The notes under the pieces are model-generated. The model was given only the letters and a program-made list of their open reading frames with translations, was not told where the DNA came from and searched no databases. Both the position numbers and the translations under genes were made by a program. This document shows positions 47,401 through 60,300 of a DNA stretch of 64,000 nt, one piece after another. Origin of the DNA: an uncultured bacterium (lineage in GTDB: Bacteria > Babelota > Babeliae > Babelales > Vermiphilaceae); NCBI GenBank assembly GCA_963695335.1, contig OY968764.1, positions 928,001 to 992,000 on the forward strand. The letters are read 5' to 3'. Positions within the stretch are counted from its first letter, which is position 1; the number at the start of each line of letters is the position of its first letter.

Positions 47401-50400
47401 GATATAACGCACTTACAACAAACAACGGAGGAAGCTTTAATACTGCTGTTGGTTCAGATGCACTTTTTTTCAACACAGGTGGAAGCTATAATACTGCTAT
47501 TGGAACTGCTGCGTTAAATGCAAATACGGGAGGTATCCAGAATACAGCTGTTGGAGCGTTCGCACTTAACTTGAATACAGCAAGCTATAATACTGGTATT
47601 GGAGCGTTGGCACTGGGTGACAATACAACGGGAACCTTTAATGCTGCTGTTGGATATGGTGCACTTGCTGCAAATACTATTGGTGTTGATAATACAGCAC
47701 TCGGCTACAATGCATTAGCAGCGAATACAACTGGTGTCAATAATACTGCTCTTGGTTATCAAGCGCTTACAAATAATATAACTGGTACTGATAATATTGG
47801 AATTGGTTTAAACTCCTTACTTTCCGTCACAACGGGTAGTACTAACATCGCAATTGGTTCTGGAGCAGGTGGAACATTAGCAACAGGGAGTGGCAATATT
47901 TATATTAATGCAAACGCAGCTTCAGCTAGTGAAGCGACAACAACCCGTATTGGTACATCACAAACAAATGCTTATATGGCTGGTATTTACAGCGTTACAC
48001 CAAGTGGTACTGTTCAAACAGTTACTATTAATAGCTCAGGGCAACTCGGTAGTACCACCTCTTTACCGACTGGGGTAAGTACTAATACTCCAAATACTCT
48101 TGTACTTCGTGATGGAACGGGTAGTTTTGCAGCACAAGAAGTAAGTATGAATGATGCTATTTGTGCAGGCAATCTTGTATTAAGCACAAACCCAAGTACA
48201 CCAACAGCAGGTAATATTATCAAAGGATCAAGTAGATTTATTCATGACTTTGGAACAAACAATACGTTTGTTGGTATTAATGCTGGTAATTTTAGCATGA
48301 CAGGTTTAGGTAATAATACTGCTATGGGTAATAGTGTATTAACCGCAAATACAACGGGTGCTTATAATACTGCAATGGGTAGTAGCGCGTTAGCTGCCAA
48401 CACAATTGGTGTTGATAATACCGCAATTGGATATAATGCATTACTTGCAAGTATAACAGGTACTGATAATACGGCAATTGGTTTTAATGCGCTTGCTGCA
48501 AACGCAGCAGGAACAAGTAATAATACCGCAGTTGGTAGTAGTGCATTAGCTGTTAATACTACAGGAACACTCAATACAGCAGTTGGAAAAAGTGCACTTG
48601 CTGCAAATACTATTGGAACTCACAATACAGCTCTTGGTAATAATGCATTGCTTGTAAGTACAACAGGTACTGATAATACTGCGCTTGGTTATAATACTTT
48701 ACCTTCAGTTACAACTGGTAGCACTAATATTGCAATTGGTTCTGGAGCTGGTGGAACATTAACAACAGGAAGTGGCAACATTTATATCAATGCAAATGCT
48801 GCAACTGCAGCAGAGGCAACTACAACACGTATTGGTACATCACAAACAAAGGCTTTTGTCGCGGGTATTTACAGTGTTACACCAAGTGGTACTCTTCAAA
48901 CAGTTACTATTAATAGTTCAGGACAACTCGGTAGTACTGCTTCTTTACCGAGTGGAACAAGTCTTAATACACCAAATACTTTGGTCCAACGTGACGGTAC
49001 CGGTAGTTTTGCAGCACAAGAAATAAGTATGAATGATGGTATTCTTGCTGGCAATCTTGTATTTACTGCTACAACAAGTACTTCAACAACTGGTAATGTT
49101 ACAAAAGGTGGTAATCCTTTTATTCATAATTTTGGAACAAATAATACCTTTGTTGGTATTAATGCAGGTAACTTGACTATGGGTGGATCAGGAAATAATA
49201 CAGGAATTGGAACAAGTGCATTAGCAGCCAACTCAACAGGTAATAATAATACTGCTGTTGGATATGTTGCGTTGGGTGATAATACAATAGGATATAGCAA
49301 TACTGCCCTTGGGGCTTATGCTATGCAAAATAACACATCTGGCTATCAAAATACCGCTATTGGACATGGTGCCCTTTATTCAGCTTCTCCTGGAACAGGT
49401 TATCAAAATACTGCTGTTGGTTATTATTCACTTTTCGCTAATACAACAGGTTTTAATAATACTGCTGTTGGTTATTATTCACTTCAAGCTAACACAACAG
49501 GTACTCAAAATGTGGCAGTTGGGGTAAGTGCTCTTCAGGATAATACAGTAGGTGGTAGTAATACCGCTGTTGGATATTCAGCATTAGAACTTAACACAAC
49601 AGGCGGTCAAAATACAGCCATGGGCGTTTCGGCATTAGGAATAAATAGTATCGGTATTAATAATACTGCCATTGGTTATCAAGCATTATTAAACAATACA
49701 GCGAGTAATAATACTGCAGTTGGTAGTAGTGCACTTGTAGATAATACAACAGGTGCTCAAAATGTGGCAGTTGGGGTAAGTGCTCTTCAGGATAATACAA
49801 TAGGTGGTAGCAACACCGCTCTTGGATATGCAGCATTAGGACTTAACACAACAGGTAATAATAATACCGCTGTTGGCGCAGATGCACTTCAAAATAATAA
49901 TATAGGTATAGATAATACTGCAGTTGGACAAAATGCACTTTTTGCAAATACAACAGGTAACTATAATACTGCATGTGGACAAGGTACACTGCAGGCTAAT
50001 ACAACGGGAACGTTAAATACTGCAGTGGGTGTTCTTGCGCTTTCCGCTAATACAATAGGCATACAAAATACGGCCGTTGGAGATAATGCACTTCAAGACA
50101 ATACAACAGGAAATAATAATACTGCTATAGGACAAGGAGCGCTTGTGAGTAATCTAGTTGGTAGTGATAATACTGCTGTTGGGCTATCTGCATTAACTGC
50201 TAACACGGCTAGTCAAAATACCGCAGTTGGATCAAGTGCACTTGCTGCCAATACAACAGGAATTAATACTGCCGTTGGCTATCAAGCATTAACCGCAAAT
50301 AATATAGGAACTAATAATACCGCAGTTGGTTGGCAAGCATTAGTTACTAATACAACCGGTAATCAAAATACCGCGGTTGGACAAGAAGCACTTAAACTTA

Positions 50401-51191
50401 ATGGGGTAGGTAGCTTTAATACTGCAGTTGGTTATCAAGCATTGCTTAAAACAACAAATGGCAGTAATACCGCTGTTGGTTATCAAGCTCTGACGAATAA
50501 TACAGGAGGTTCTCAAAATACTGCAATTGGTGTGAGTGCACTATCATCTAATACAACAGGTGCTAATAATACCGCTCTGGGTTATGACACTCTACTTAAC
50601 ATTACAACAGGTAGCAATAATATTGCAATTGGCAACGGCGCAGGAGGTGGCAATGCAACAGGAAGTGGCAATGTTTATATTGGTGCTGCAGTTACTATTA
50701 CCGCGGGTGAAAGTAACGTTACACGTATTCAAAATATCAGTGGTATTAACGTGGGTGCCGTTCCAGCAGTTCTTGTTACCGCAACAGGTCAGCTTGGCGT
50801 CAATACTTCAACAAGAAAAGTAAAACATGCTATTGAAGATATGAATGATGAATCGGCAGACGTTCTTAAATTACGCCCAGTGACATTTGTTTACAATAGT
50901 GATGTTTCTGAAACAAAACAATATGGTTTAATTGCTGAAGAAGTTGATGAAATATTCCCTGGTATTGTTGCAAGAAATAAAGATGGTGAAATAGAAACTG
51001 TTTTATATAATGTGTTACCAGTATTACTTCTTAATGAAGTTCAAAAACAACAAAAGACTATTGAACAACAACAATGTAACATTGAAAATCTTACAATAAC
51101 TGCAGAAAGTATGAATGCTGCAATATGTAGCCTACAAGAACAGTTACAACAGTTTATACAACGAATGCATATACTAGAAAATAACGCATAA
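41406..51191 (+). CDS. Fibre protein 4 (3261 aa): signal peptide, beta-helix-like block, tail-fibre-like domain, stalk repeats, three tandem NTAVG heads, S74 chaperone
   Basis: TSTRKVKHAIEDM...LRPVTFVY...QYGLIAEEV; dozens of 14-aa NTA(V/I/L)GxxAL repeats. Confidence 0.87.
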   Translation: MTHSRLYRFFSFLISLSLLLSPIPVTAIMQDSPVITISDLETELGMQYFQYDETIARPFTNIIQVQGLLSVNDELVQNITAVNLSVTDEIVQNSTIGTISATDAILSNVTITTLSITDLIAQNIQATNISVVDETVTGTLSANDEVINSYLNFKASSNYVGLQAPTSVSTSYTLSLPSAVPAASQVIRANATTPTNLEWATDSAFVTPANSQTIYVAVYGNDTTGNGSLATPYATVAKAISIANGLASSSTPITISIGTGIYVEDNSVSPLTVTADGIAIIGQVSSNVILMPNTPANDFMLVNAPVHISDVTFESSNPLATGLTLASGSFTAVINVDFVNFLVGAECVGSPSNSYGFINCFFADNGTGLMVSNAYVSVQDITLFGTSSPSGPSANNAITVTGSGANLVINGGVIALCNTGITLVSNATSTISSLAFRLNTFDINQSGASNLALSACTFQLTTGSSDIEIQVSGAGTIAEIVGCQFDGSSQLGTPEGMGIQVTDNASVNLTSGSMSNYTTALSVGLSTDTASTSLIASSFILTNSTNDIVQQGSASLNVNASTASSSKISINDSTNVYMAFFDLDDNNALTIGSYANQDTTLLQAGINSSTNPEIQYQSSLYSTEGIGFYNPGASASSLFVQSSENANLTAVTTSITDVASLRLVSDTGSPVGGTSALRGWDINKNASTAELSFSFQNSDVSDSEPVVTEFSVMQLDGFNNLVQLPTAGTKIVFDGDTNLYRSAANVLKTDSNFIVGTLTASRAVVTDGSDQLASSATTATEIGYVSGVTSSIQTQINSKVAKAGDTMTGALILPAGSAAAPSLQFTGSTNTGLSAATANVLSFDVSGSEKMNLSSSGLTIDAFSTAGVVHNSSAGLLSSSLIVDADITTATITNDKLANISSSNVPGDIVVRDGSGNFATNEITINGTVTNPTDAATKAYVDAAVSTGLVAHTPCVVVSTTDIGSPPSGPETIDGYTVMTGDRVLLVGQTNEVYNGIWLANTSGAWTYPTDWALGTTAGEAYVLITSGTVNAGSSWLCSTPAATIGTNNITFAEFALPSPTTGANVGGGSGQVYQGKTGITLNFRTLSVADTYLSIVTNSDNVGFSTNATSANTANEIVARDGSGNFSAGTVTANLTGNVTGNVTGSASLNLLLTGGTLTGALTLPAGSAATPSLQFTGSTNTGLSAATANILSFDVSGSEQMNISSSGVTIDGLSTAGVVHNSAAGLLSSSLIVDADITTATITNDKLANISSSNIANDIVVRDGSGNFAAGTITASLTGAASLNVLKAGDTMTGTLQLPAGTTALPSLVFTGSTTAGLSANTGALSFSTNALERLKIASSGTISIDAFTTAGVLHNDASGNLSSSLIVNADVSASAAITDSKLATISTAGKVANSATTATNLNTASAIVARDASGSFAAGLISITDEVISNSVTITPFSTAGVIHNNSSGLLSSSLIVDADITAATITNDKLANISSSNIANDIVVRDGSGNFAANVITATLTGSASLDLPLTGGTLTGTLTLPAGSATAPSLQFTGSTNTGLSAATANVLSFDVNGSEKMNLSSSGLTIDAFSTAGVVHNSSAGLLSSSLIVNADITNATISNAKLAAISSSNIANDIVLRDGTGSFAAQEISMNDGILAGNLILTTDPSTSTAGNIIKGSSSFIHDFGTNNTFVGINAGNFTTSGSGGNSGFGASALTANGTGAFNTGIGYSALAANTTGVDNTALGYNALTASTTDTDNTAIGFNALAANNGASGNTAVGSNALTANTTGVDHTALGYNALAASQTDTDNTAVGYNALATLNGASFNTAVGSNALTANEFGPNNTAVGYNALSSSTADNDNTAVGFTALAVNNGGTYNTAVGSGAMASNSGGSNNTALGYNTLMENINGAGNTAVGFSALLSGVGSDNTAVGKNALTNNTAFQNTAVGSGALAANFTGDQNIAVGYQAMIHSTASGETAIGYQALEFDGGARNTAIGYNVLSVSIADTDNTAVGYNALTTNNGGSFNTAVGSDALFFNTGGSYNTAIGTAALNANTGGIQNTAVGAFALNLNTASYNTGIGALALGDNTTGTFNAAVGYGALAANTIGVDNTALGYNALAANTTGVNNTALGYQALTNNITGTDNIGIGLNSLLSVTTGSTNIAIGSGAGGTLATGSGNIYINANAASASEATTTRIGTSQTNAYMAGIYSVTPSGTVQTVTINSSGQLGSTTSLPTGVSTNTPNTLVLRDGTGSFAAQEVSMNDAICAGNLVLSTNPSTPTAGNIIKGSSRFIHDFGTNNTFVGINAGNFSMTGLGNNTAMGNSVLTANTTGAYNTAMGSSALAANTIGVDNTAIGYNALLASITGTDNTAIGFNALAANAAGTSNNTAVGSSALAVNTTGTLNTAVGKSALAANTIGTHNTALGNNALLVSTTGTDNTALGYNTLPSVTTGSTNIAIGSGAGGTLTTGSGNIYINANAATAAEATTTRIGTSQTKAFVAGIYSVTPSGTLQTVTINSSGQLGSTASLPSGTSLNTPNTLVQRDGTGSFAAQEISMNDGILAGNLVFTATTSTSTTGNVTKGGNPFIHNFGTNNTFVGINAGNLTMGGSGNNTGIGTSALAANSTGNNNTAVGYVALGDNTIGYSNTALGAYAMQNNTSGYQNTAIGHGALYSASPGTGYQNTAVGYYSLFANTTGFNNTAVGYYSLQANTTGTQNVAVGVSALQDNTVGGSNTAVGYSALELNTTGGQNTAMGVSALGINSIGINNTAIGYQALLNNTASNNTAVGSSALVDNTTGAQNVAVGVSALQDNTIGGSNTALGYAALGLNTTGNNNTAVGADALQNNNIGIDNTAVGQNALFANTTGNYNTACGQGTLQANTTGTLNTAVGVLALSANTIGIQNTAVGDNALQDNTTGNNNTAIGQGALVSNLVGSDNTAVGLSALTANTASQNTAVGSSALAANTTGINTAVGYQALTANNIGTNNTAVGWQALVTNTTGNQNTAVGQEALKLNGVGSFNTAVGYQALLKTTNGSNTAVGYQALTNNTGGSQNTAIGVSALSSNTTGANNTALGYDTLLNITTGSNNIAIGNGAGGGNATGSGNVYIGAAVTITAGESNVTRIQNISGINVGAVPAVLVTATGQLGVNTSTRKVKHAIEDMNDESADVLKLRPVTFVYNSDVSETKQYGLIAEEVDEIFPGIVARNKDGEIETVLYNVLPVLLLNEVQKQQKTIEQQQCNIENLTITAESMNAAICSLQEQLQQFIQRMHILENNA

Positions 51192-51208
51192 AAAATAAAA
51201 CTGTAAAA

Positions 51209-51252
51209 AAAAACAAAAAGATTCTTGTGAAAGCAGGAATCTTTTTGTTTTT
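51209..51252 (+). terminator. Intrinsic terminator after fibre gene 4
   Basis: aaaaacaaaaagattcttg-tgaaag-caggaatctttttgttttt. Confidence 0.8.
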
Positions 51253-51302
51253 ATGGACATAATCAATGCTGTTATAATTTTATTCCTATAAAAAGGACTA
51301 CT

Positions 51303-54300
51303 ATGCTCACTATACATTGCCCCCGTTTTATATCATTATTCATGTCATTTGCTTTGTTAGTTGCACCATTGCCACTTGCTGCTATAGCCGAAGATATGGC
51401 TACTACTCTATCTCACATAGAAATGAGTAATAACGATAATGTAAATACATCATATGTATATCTTGGTAAAGATCACAGTAATATCATAGAGGTAATAAAT
51501 AGCATAAGCGAATTAGACAATCAGAAAAATTCACCTCTTATAGAACTTAAACAACATTTTGAACAAGGTTTTTTATTTGCAGAATATGATGCAATTCTTG
51601 AAGTTGCTGCGTATGCAGAATCAGTTTTACAGAAAAATTATACCAAGATAGATATTCAAAAAGCACAAAAACTTGCTTCTGATCTCAACACCATTATTGA
51701 TATTATTTTTGATGGAACATTAACAGTTAAGTCTGATGATACTATCTCTCCAATAACGCGTGCACCTTTAGAAACGTGGGTAATTAATAAAAATATTGAT
51801 GTTCTTGGTAAGGGGACTTTTCATAAGCATGTGCATACAAAAGAAGGTATTCATACTCAGGGAAAATTAAAAGTTGATAAAACAGCCCGATTTAAAAAAA
51901 ATGTAAAGATAAAAGACACTCTTTCAGTCAACGATTTAGTAGTGACCGGATCAGTAACTGGTATAACTGGAGGTATTGGTGCTACTGGTGCAACGGGTGC
52001 AACAGGACCTCAAGGTATTACAGGAGCAACTGGATCCGGTTCTGGTGCAACAGGTAACACAGGTGCTACTGGAGCAACAGGTGCAACGGGAGCAATGTCT
52101 TCAGTTGTATCGGATTTAACTGCAACAAATTTTTCTTCTACAGATACTGTCATTCAAAATCTTACGGTAATAAATTGTATACCAGAGTTGTGTGTTAATA
52201 ACATATCTGTTGATAATGCGGTTATTAATAATGTTCTACAATTACAAGATCCAGGTCCAGGATATATTGGGCTCCAAGCACCTACAACAGTCCCAACAAG
52301 TTACATTCTTACATTACCAGCAGCCATCCCAACAGCACATCAAGTAATGCGTGCTAACGCAACAATACCAACTAATTTAGAATGGGCTGATAATAGTGGA
52401 GTATCTCCTATTCCTGTTATAAGCAAGACTATTTATGTAACTACATATGGTAGTGATATTACAGGTGATGGATCTTTTGATAACCCTTATGCAAGCCTTG
52501 CTCAAGCAATTCAACTTGCTAACAGCATCGCATTAGATGTAAATCCAATTAATATTTTTATAGCACCAGGTATTTATGTTGAAGATAATAGCGTTAATCC
52601 TTTGACGGTTACAGCTGAAGGTGTTTCAATTGTTGGTGAAGTATCAAGTGGTGTTGTTATCATGCCAAATACACCAAGCAATAATCTTCTTTTGATTAAT
52701 GTTCCTATTCATATTTCTGATATAGCATTTCAATCTTTTGCTCCTTTAGCAACAGGTATTACACTTGCAGCAGGGAATTTAACAACACTTACCAATGTAG
52801 ATCTCATTAATTTTCTTGTAGGTGTTGATTGTGTTGGCGGACCTGAAAATTCCTATGATTTTATGAACTGTTATTTTGGAAATAATGGAACTGCGATACT
52901 TGTTAATAACGCATTTGTTTCAGTGAACAGTACGAGTATTTTTGGAACAACATTAGAATCAAATCCAAGTGCTAACAATGCAATTACAGTGACGGGTTCT
53001 GGTGCAAATCTTGTCATGAATGGTGGGATTATTGCTCTATGTGAAATTGCTTTAACAATTACAAATAATGCAATAGTAGCTGCCACTGCTACTTCATTTA
53101 GACTTAACGTATTTGATGTTGAACAAAATGGAGCTTCACAATCAACGTTTGTGGGGTGTACTTTTGAATTAACAGAAAGTTCATCGGATATCGATTTTCA
53201 GGTAAGCGATCCAGGAACAATAGTAGAAATCATCAGTTGTGAATGTAGTGGAAGTGGTATATTGGGCTTGCCTCAAGGCACAGCTATGCTTGTTACTAAT
53301 AATGCATCAGTAAATATTAGCGGCGGTAGTATCCATAATTATATTACTGGTATAGAAATTGGTACATCGAGCGATACTTCATCAACATCTTTATTTTCTT
53401 CAAGTCTTGTGATTAAAGATTGTACAATGGATATTATACAACAAGGATCAACAACATTTAATTTTAATGCAGGCACTGCTTCAAGTACAAAAATAACTAT
53501 CAATGATTCTACGAATGTTAATCTTGCATTTTTTGATTTAGATATAAATAATGCGCTTACTATTGGATCGACTGCAAATGTTAACACGACGCTCATACAA
53601 GCAGCAGTAACATCTTCAGAGCAACCTAAAATTGGTTATTTATCATCATTATATTCATCGCAAGCAATAGGCGTAGAAAATTTTCTTAATAATCCTACAT
53701 CATCTTTTATTCTGACAGATAATAATGCAAGTTTTACATCAGTAACAACCGATCGCTCAAAAACTTCAACAATCAATTTATTTTCTGATGAAGGTGTAAC
53801 TATTGGAGGTACATCAGCATTACGTGGTTGGAATATACAAAAAAATGGTTCTTCTGCGGAACTTGCATTTAACTACCAAAATAGTGATAGTTCTGGACAA
53901 GTTCCGGTATCTGAATACACGGTAATGCAGATTGATGGTCTTAATAATCAATTACAATTACCAACACCAGGAACAGAAATTGTTTTTGATACTGACACTA
54001 ATCTATATAGAAGTGCTGCAAATGTTTTAAAAACGGATAGTAATTTTATTGTTGGTACGTTAACTCCAAATCGCGCTGTAGCTACTAATCCCACAACTAA
54101 TCAACTGATTTCCAGTGCAACTACCACAACTGAACTTGGGTATGTATCTGGTGTAACATCACCAATTCAAGCACAAATTAATAGTAAGGTTGCAAAAGCT
54201 GGTGACTCTATGACAGGAGCACTCAATATGCTTCTGCAGAATTCAGTTCGCTTTCAAGATCTTGTTGGAAATTATGTTGGCATCAATGCGCCAGCCTCTG

Positions 54301-57300
54301 TTCCAACAAGCTACACAATTTCATTACCATCAACCGCACCAACAGCAAATCAAGTATTAAGCGCAAATGGAACTACCCCAACTAATTTACAATGGATTAC
54401 TCCTGGTACATCTGTTATTCCATTGAATAGTAGAACTATTTATGTTACACAATATGGTAATGATATAACAGGAAATGGTTCACTTACAGCTCCTTTTGCA
54501 AGTTTATCTCAAGCAATTAGTCTGGCTAATAGTCTTTCATCTAATCTTGATCCTATTTCTATTTTAATCAGCACAGGTACTTATATTGAAGATAATAGTA
54601 CCGGCCCTCTTACAGTAAATGCTGATGGCGTCTCTATTGTTGGTGATTCTTCTAATGGTGTGGTTATTATACCTAATACACCTACAAATAATTTCCTTCT
54701 TATCAATAATCCTATACAAATGATTAATTTAACGTTTGAATCAGCAGCTCCACTAGCAACTGGTATGACAATGTTTTCTAATAACTTATCAGTTCTTGAA
54801 AATATTTATATGTATAACTTTCTTGTGGGAATTGAGGGTGTTGGAGGGTTAAGTAATTCTTCATATGGCTTTAATAACTGTTTATTTATTGGTAATGGTA
54901 CAGCGCTATTAATTGATGGTGCGCATGCTGAATGTAATAGTTGTACTTTCTTTGGTACACCTTCTTTATCTGGTCCAGCCGCAAACACTGGTGTTGTGGT
55001 AACTGGATCGCTTGCTAATGCTGTTATATCTGGTGGTGTTATTGGTGTATGTACCACAGGTCTTCATGTAACTAATGATGCTATATGCACATCAAGTGCT
55101 ATCAGTTTTAGACTTAATAATTTTGATATTCTTCAAGATGGTGCATCACAGATGACATGTTCCGCATGTACATTTGAGTTGGCATCTGATTCATCAGATA
55201 TAAAAATACAAGTAGAAGATGCAGGAACATTTGCAGAGATAGTTGGTTGTTCATTTAATGGTAACAATGTTTCAAATGTTCCAGAAGGAATCGCTATACA
55301 AGTAACCGATAATGCATTTGTAGATATTGTAAGTAGTGTCATTATTAATTATGTGACTGGTATAGAAATTGGAACTTCTACCGATACAGCCTCAACAATT
55401 ATCTCTGCTGCATCATGTACAATTCGTAACTGTACAACAGACATTTTACAACAAGGATCTGCATCCTTAAATTATAATGCAAGTATTGCATCAAGTAATA
55501 AAATAACTATTAATGATGCTACTAATATTAGTTTATCTTATTTTGATTTAAATAATGACAATGCATTAACTATTGGCTCAACAGCGGATCAAGACATAAA
55601 CGTAATAGAACTGGCTATTGATCCTATAAATAATCCAGTATTTAATTATAAATCTTCGTTATATTCTACTCAAGCACTTGGCTTTGAAAACATCTATGGC
55701 AGTCCATCTTCTTTATATGCTCTCTCTGCTAATAATACAGATCTCATATCAATAACAACAGATCGGACCAAAATCGCTGGTTTACAACTTATTTCTGATA
55801 CAGGTTCGCCTGTTGGCGGAACTTCTGCATTACGTGGTTGGAATATTAATAAAAATGGTTCTTCTGCAGAACTTTCATTTAATTATGAAAATAGTGATAT
55901 GTCTGGTCTATCACTTGTACCAGCATATACATTGATGCAATTGGATGGCGTTAATAATCAGTTACAATTACCAACAGCTAACACACAAATAGTTTTTGAT
56001 ACTGACACTAATTTATATAGAAGTGCAGCAAATGTTTTACAAACAGATGACAATTTTATAGTAGGTACGTTAACTCCAAATCGTGTTGTAGCCACTGATC
56101 CCACAACTAATCAACTTATTTCAGGCGCAGCAACTGTAACTGAACTTGGTTATCTATCTGGTGTAACATCATCAATTCAAACACAAATTAACGGTAAAGT
56201 TGCAAAAGCTGGTGATTCAATGTCTGGTACCTTGAGTATGCTCACTCAAAATGCTATCCATTTTCAGGATAATGGAGGTAATTATGTTGGCATTAATGCA
56301 CAAGCAACAATTCCTTCAAGTTATACTGTATCTTTGCCAACAACTATTCCAACAGGAAGGCAAATTTTACGTGCTAATGCAACAACCCCAACCAATTTAG
56401 AATGGGCTGATGAAGGAGGATCGGTTGTTCCTGCAATTAGTCAAACAGTATATGTAACAATGTATGGTAGTGATGTTACTGGTGATGGTTCATTTGACCA
56501 TCCTTATGCAACACTTTCAAAAGCAATTTCTGTTGCTAATAGTCTTGCAAGTGCGAGTTATCCAATTGCTATTTTCATGGGGCCAGGTAATTATATTGAG
56601 GATAATAGTGCTGGACCATTAACTATCACATCAGCTGGCATTACTATCACTGGTAACTCTTCTAATACTACATTTATTATTCCCGATACATTATCAAATG
56701 ATTTGTTACTCATTAACGATACAGTCAATATTAGTAATATGACTTTTTTGGCAGATGGATTATCAACAGCATCTGGACTTTCTTTAACAACAGGAAATTT
56801 TGCTACATTTAACAATATACAAATTTTTAACTTTCAAACAGGGGTAAATGCTACTGGCACGAGTAGTATTTATGTATTTGATAATTGTCAGTTCATTAAT
56901 AATGGAACAGGAATATTTTCTAATGATACCAATATACAATGTAACAACTGTATTGTATTTGGAAATAGTACTGTAGCAACAAATATCGGTATTAATGTAA
57001 CAGGCGCAAGTTCATTTTTTGTTATGAGCGGAGGATCCTGTGCACTGTGTGTTACAGCTCTTATTATAGACAACAATACATCTGCTACTATTAATGCTGC
57101 TTCTTTTAAATTTAATAATACTGATATTATGCAAACAGGTGCATCGAGTGTAATACTCTCTAGTTGTACTTTTGAAGTAACAAACAATTCTTCAGATATT
57201 AATATTCAACTGAGTGGTGCCGGAACATCTGCTAATATTATTGGATGTGAATTTAATGGTGCAAGTTCACTTAATGTTCCTCAAGCAACAGCTTTCTTGG

Positions 57301-60300
57301 TTTCAAATAATGCTAGTCTCAATTTAAGTAGTTCTACGATTAAAAACTATACAACCGGTATACAAGTTGGCCTTTCAACCGATACATCTTTAACTGTATT
57401 AAATGCATCAAATATTACAACGCAAAATAACACAAATGATGTTATTCAAAATGGATCTACTACAGCAAATATTACAGCAAGTAGTATTGATCTTGATGCA
57501 ATTTCCATTAATGATTCTACCAATGTTACTATCGCTGCATTTGATACAGATGATAATAATACACTTACCATCGGCTCATTATCAGATGAAGATACTTCAT
57601 TGATACAAGCGGCAATCAACACTACAACGCATCCTGAAATTAAATATAAATCCTCTTTATATTCAACACAGGCGATAGGATTTAATAATCCTTTATCTAA
57701 TTCATCTTCATTATTTATACAATCTCTTGATAATGCAAATCTTACCGCGGTTACTACCGATAACACTGATATAGCAGGGTTGCGATTAGTTTCTGATACA
57801 GGTTCTCCTGTTGGTGGCACATCAGCATTGCGTGGTTGGGATATTAATAAAAATGCGTCTACTGCAGAACTTTCATTCAGCTTCCAAAATAGTGATGTGT
57901 CTGATAGTGAACCCGTAGTAACAGAATTCACTGTTATGCAACTTGATGGTTTTAATAATCTTGTACAATTGCCAACCGCTGGTACAAAAATTGTATTTGA
58001 TGGGGATACAAATTTATATAGAAGCGCTGCAAATGTTTTAAAAACAGATAGTAACCTTATTGTGGGCACATTAACACCAGGCTTTACAGTGATCACTGAT
58101 CCATCAACTAATGAGCTTGCATCAAGTGTCACAACTTCTACTGAACTCAGTTATGTACATGGCGTAACATCACCAATTCAAACACAAATTAATAGCAAAG
58201 TTGCAAAAGCAGGTGATTCTATGACGGGTACTCTTACTATGCTTGCTCAAAATGCAATTCATTTCCAAGATTCCGCAAGCAACTATGTTGGTATTAATGC
58301 TCCTGCAACAGTTACATCAAGTTATACATTATCTTTACCAACAACAGTGCCAACAGTAAGTCAAACGTTACGTGCGGGTGCAATAACTCCGACAAATTTG
58401 GAATGGGTTACTGAAGGAGGTGCAATTACCCCTGCAGTGAGTGAAACCATTTATGTGACACAATATGGTAATGATATTACAGGAGATGGATCATTTGATT
58501 CGCCATATGCAACTCTTGCGCAAGCCATTATAACTGCTAATAGTCTTGCAAATAGCAGTAATCCAATTGTTATTTTTATAGCACCTGGACTTTATATTGA
58601 AAATAATAGCGCAGGTGCACTTACTATTACTTCTAATGGTATTTCTATAGTTGGTGATTCAACTACTGGCGTAATGATCATGCCATCAACGCCTGCAAAT
58701 GATCTTTTACAAGCAAACACTACCATTCGTATTACTGATCTTACTTTACAATCATCTTCACCACTCGCAACTGGCTTTGTAATGAATGCTGGTAATTTAT
58801 CAACATGTAATAGTGTACGTTTTGTTAATTTTCTCACAGGAGTGTTGTGCTCAGGAGGAGCATCTCAACTGTATGGTTTTGATGCATGTATCTTCATTTC
58901 TAATACAACTGGATTAACTGTTAATGATAGTCGTGTTCAAACAATTGGATGTTCTTTCTTTGGTACACCGTCAGTGAGTAACCCTGCAGTCAATACGGGA
59001 ATAAATATAACAGGATCTGGAGCCAATGTTATTATTGATGGTGGTACGGTAGGAAAATGCAATATAGGATTTACTATTAATAATAATTCTACCATTACTA
59101 TTAGCTCAACAGCATTCAAATTTAATACTTTTGATGTTATACAAACAGGCGCATCACATATGGTTCTTAGTGGATCAAGTTTTGAACTTACCAATGGGAT
59201 TTCTGACGTTGATATACAGATAAGTGATTCGGGAACAATTGCTGAAATAATAGGATGTCAATTTAATGGCAATAGTTCACTTGGTGTGGCCGAAGGACAA
59301 TGTATTATGGTAAGTAATAATGCATTCCTTAGTATTAGTAATGGAAGTATACAAAACTATACAACGGCTCTGCAAATTGGTACATCAACTGATACTGCCT
59401 CAACAATCGCTGCTGTTTCTGGTTGCACAATTAGTAACTGTACAACCGATATTTTACAAGAAGGTTCTGCCACATTAAATTTTGATGCAGGTGCTATTTC
59501 AAGTAATAATATTACTATTAATGATTCTACAAATGTTAGTCTTGCATATTTTGATTTAAGCAATAACAATCAACTTACTATAGGATCAACATCTGATGTG
59601 AATACTGGTTTAATTGCAACAAATATTGGTACTAGTAGCAATCCCAGCATTGATTATATTTCATCGCTTTATTCTACTCAAGCAATAGGATTTTATAATC
59701 CATTATCTAATCCATCAACATTGTTTGTGCAATCTTCTGACAATGCAAATCTTACTGCAGTGACGACCGATAACACTGATTTGGCAGGATTAAGATTAGT
59801 TTCTGATACCGGTTCTCCAGTGGGAGGGACTTCTGCATTGCGCGGTTGGGATATTAATAAAAATGCGTCTACATCAGAACTATCATTCAGTTTCCAAAAT
59901 AGTGATGTGTCTGATAGTGAGCCAGTGGTATCAGAATTTACTGTTATGCAGCTTGATGGATTTAATAACCTTGTGCAATTACCAACAGCTGGAACAAAAA
60001 TTGTATTTGATGGTGATACCAATCTTTATAGAAGTGCTGCAAATGTTTTAAAAACTGATAGCAACTTTATTGTTGGTACATTAACACCAGGGTTTGCAGT
60101 AATTACTGATCCATCTACGAATGAACTTGAATCAAGCGTAACAACTTCTACCGAACTCAGCTATGTCCACGGTGTAATGTCATCCATTCAAACACAAATT
60201 AATGGTAAAGTTGCAAAAGCTGGCGATACTATGACTGGTACATTGGTATTACCTGCAGGTTCTGCTGCTGCTCCATCATTACAGTTTACCGGTAGTACAA

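Noticed and set aside
46500..50640. CRISPR array, suggested by the ~42-bp periodicity
   Set aside because: The periodicity is a degenerate 14-codon protein repeat inside an ORF; there are no identical repeats with unique spacers and no cas genes
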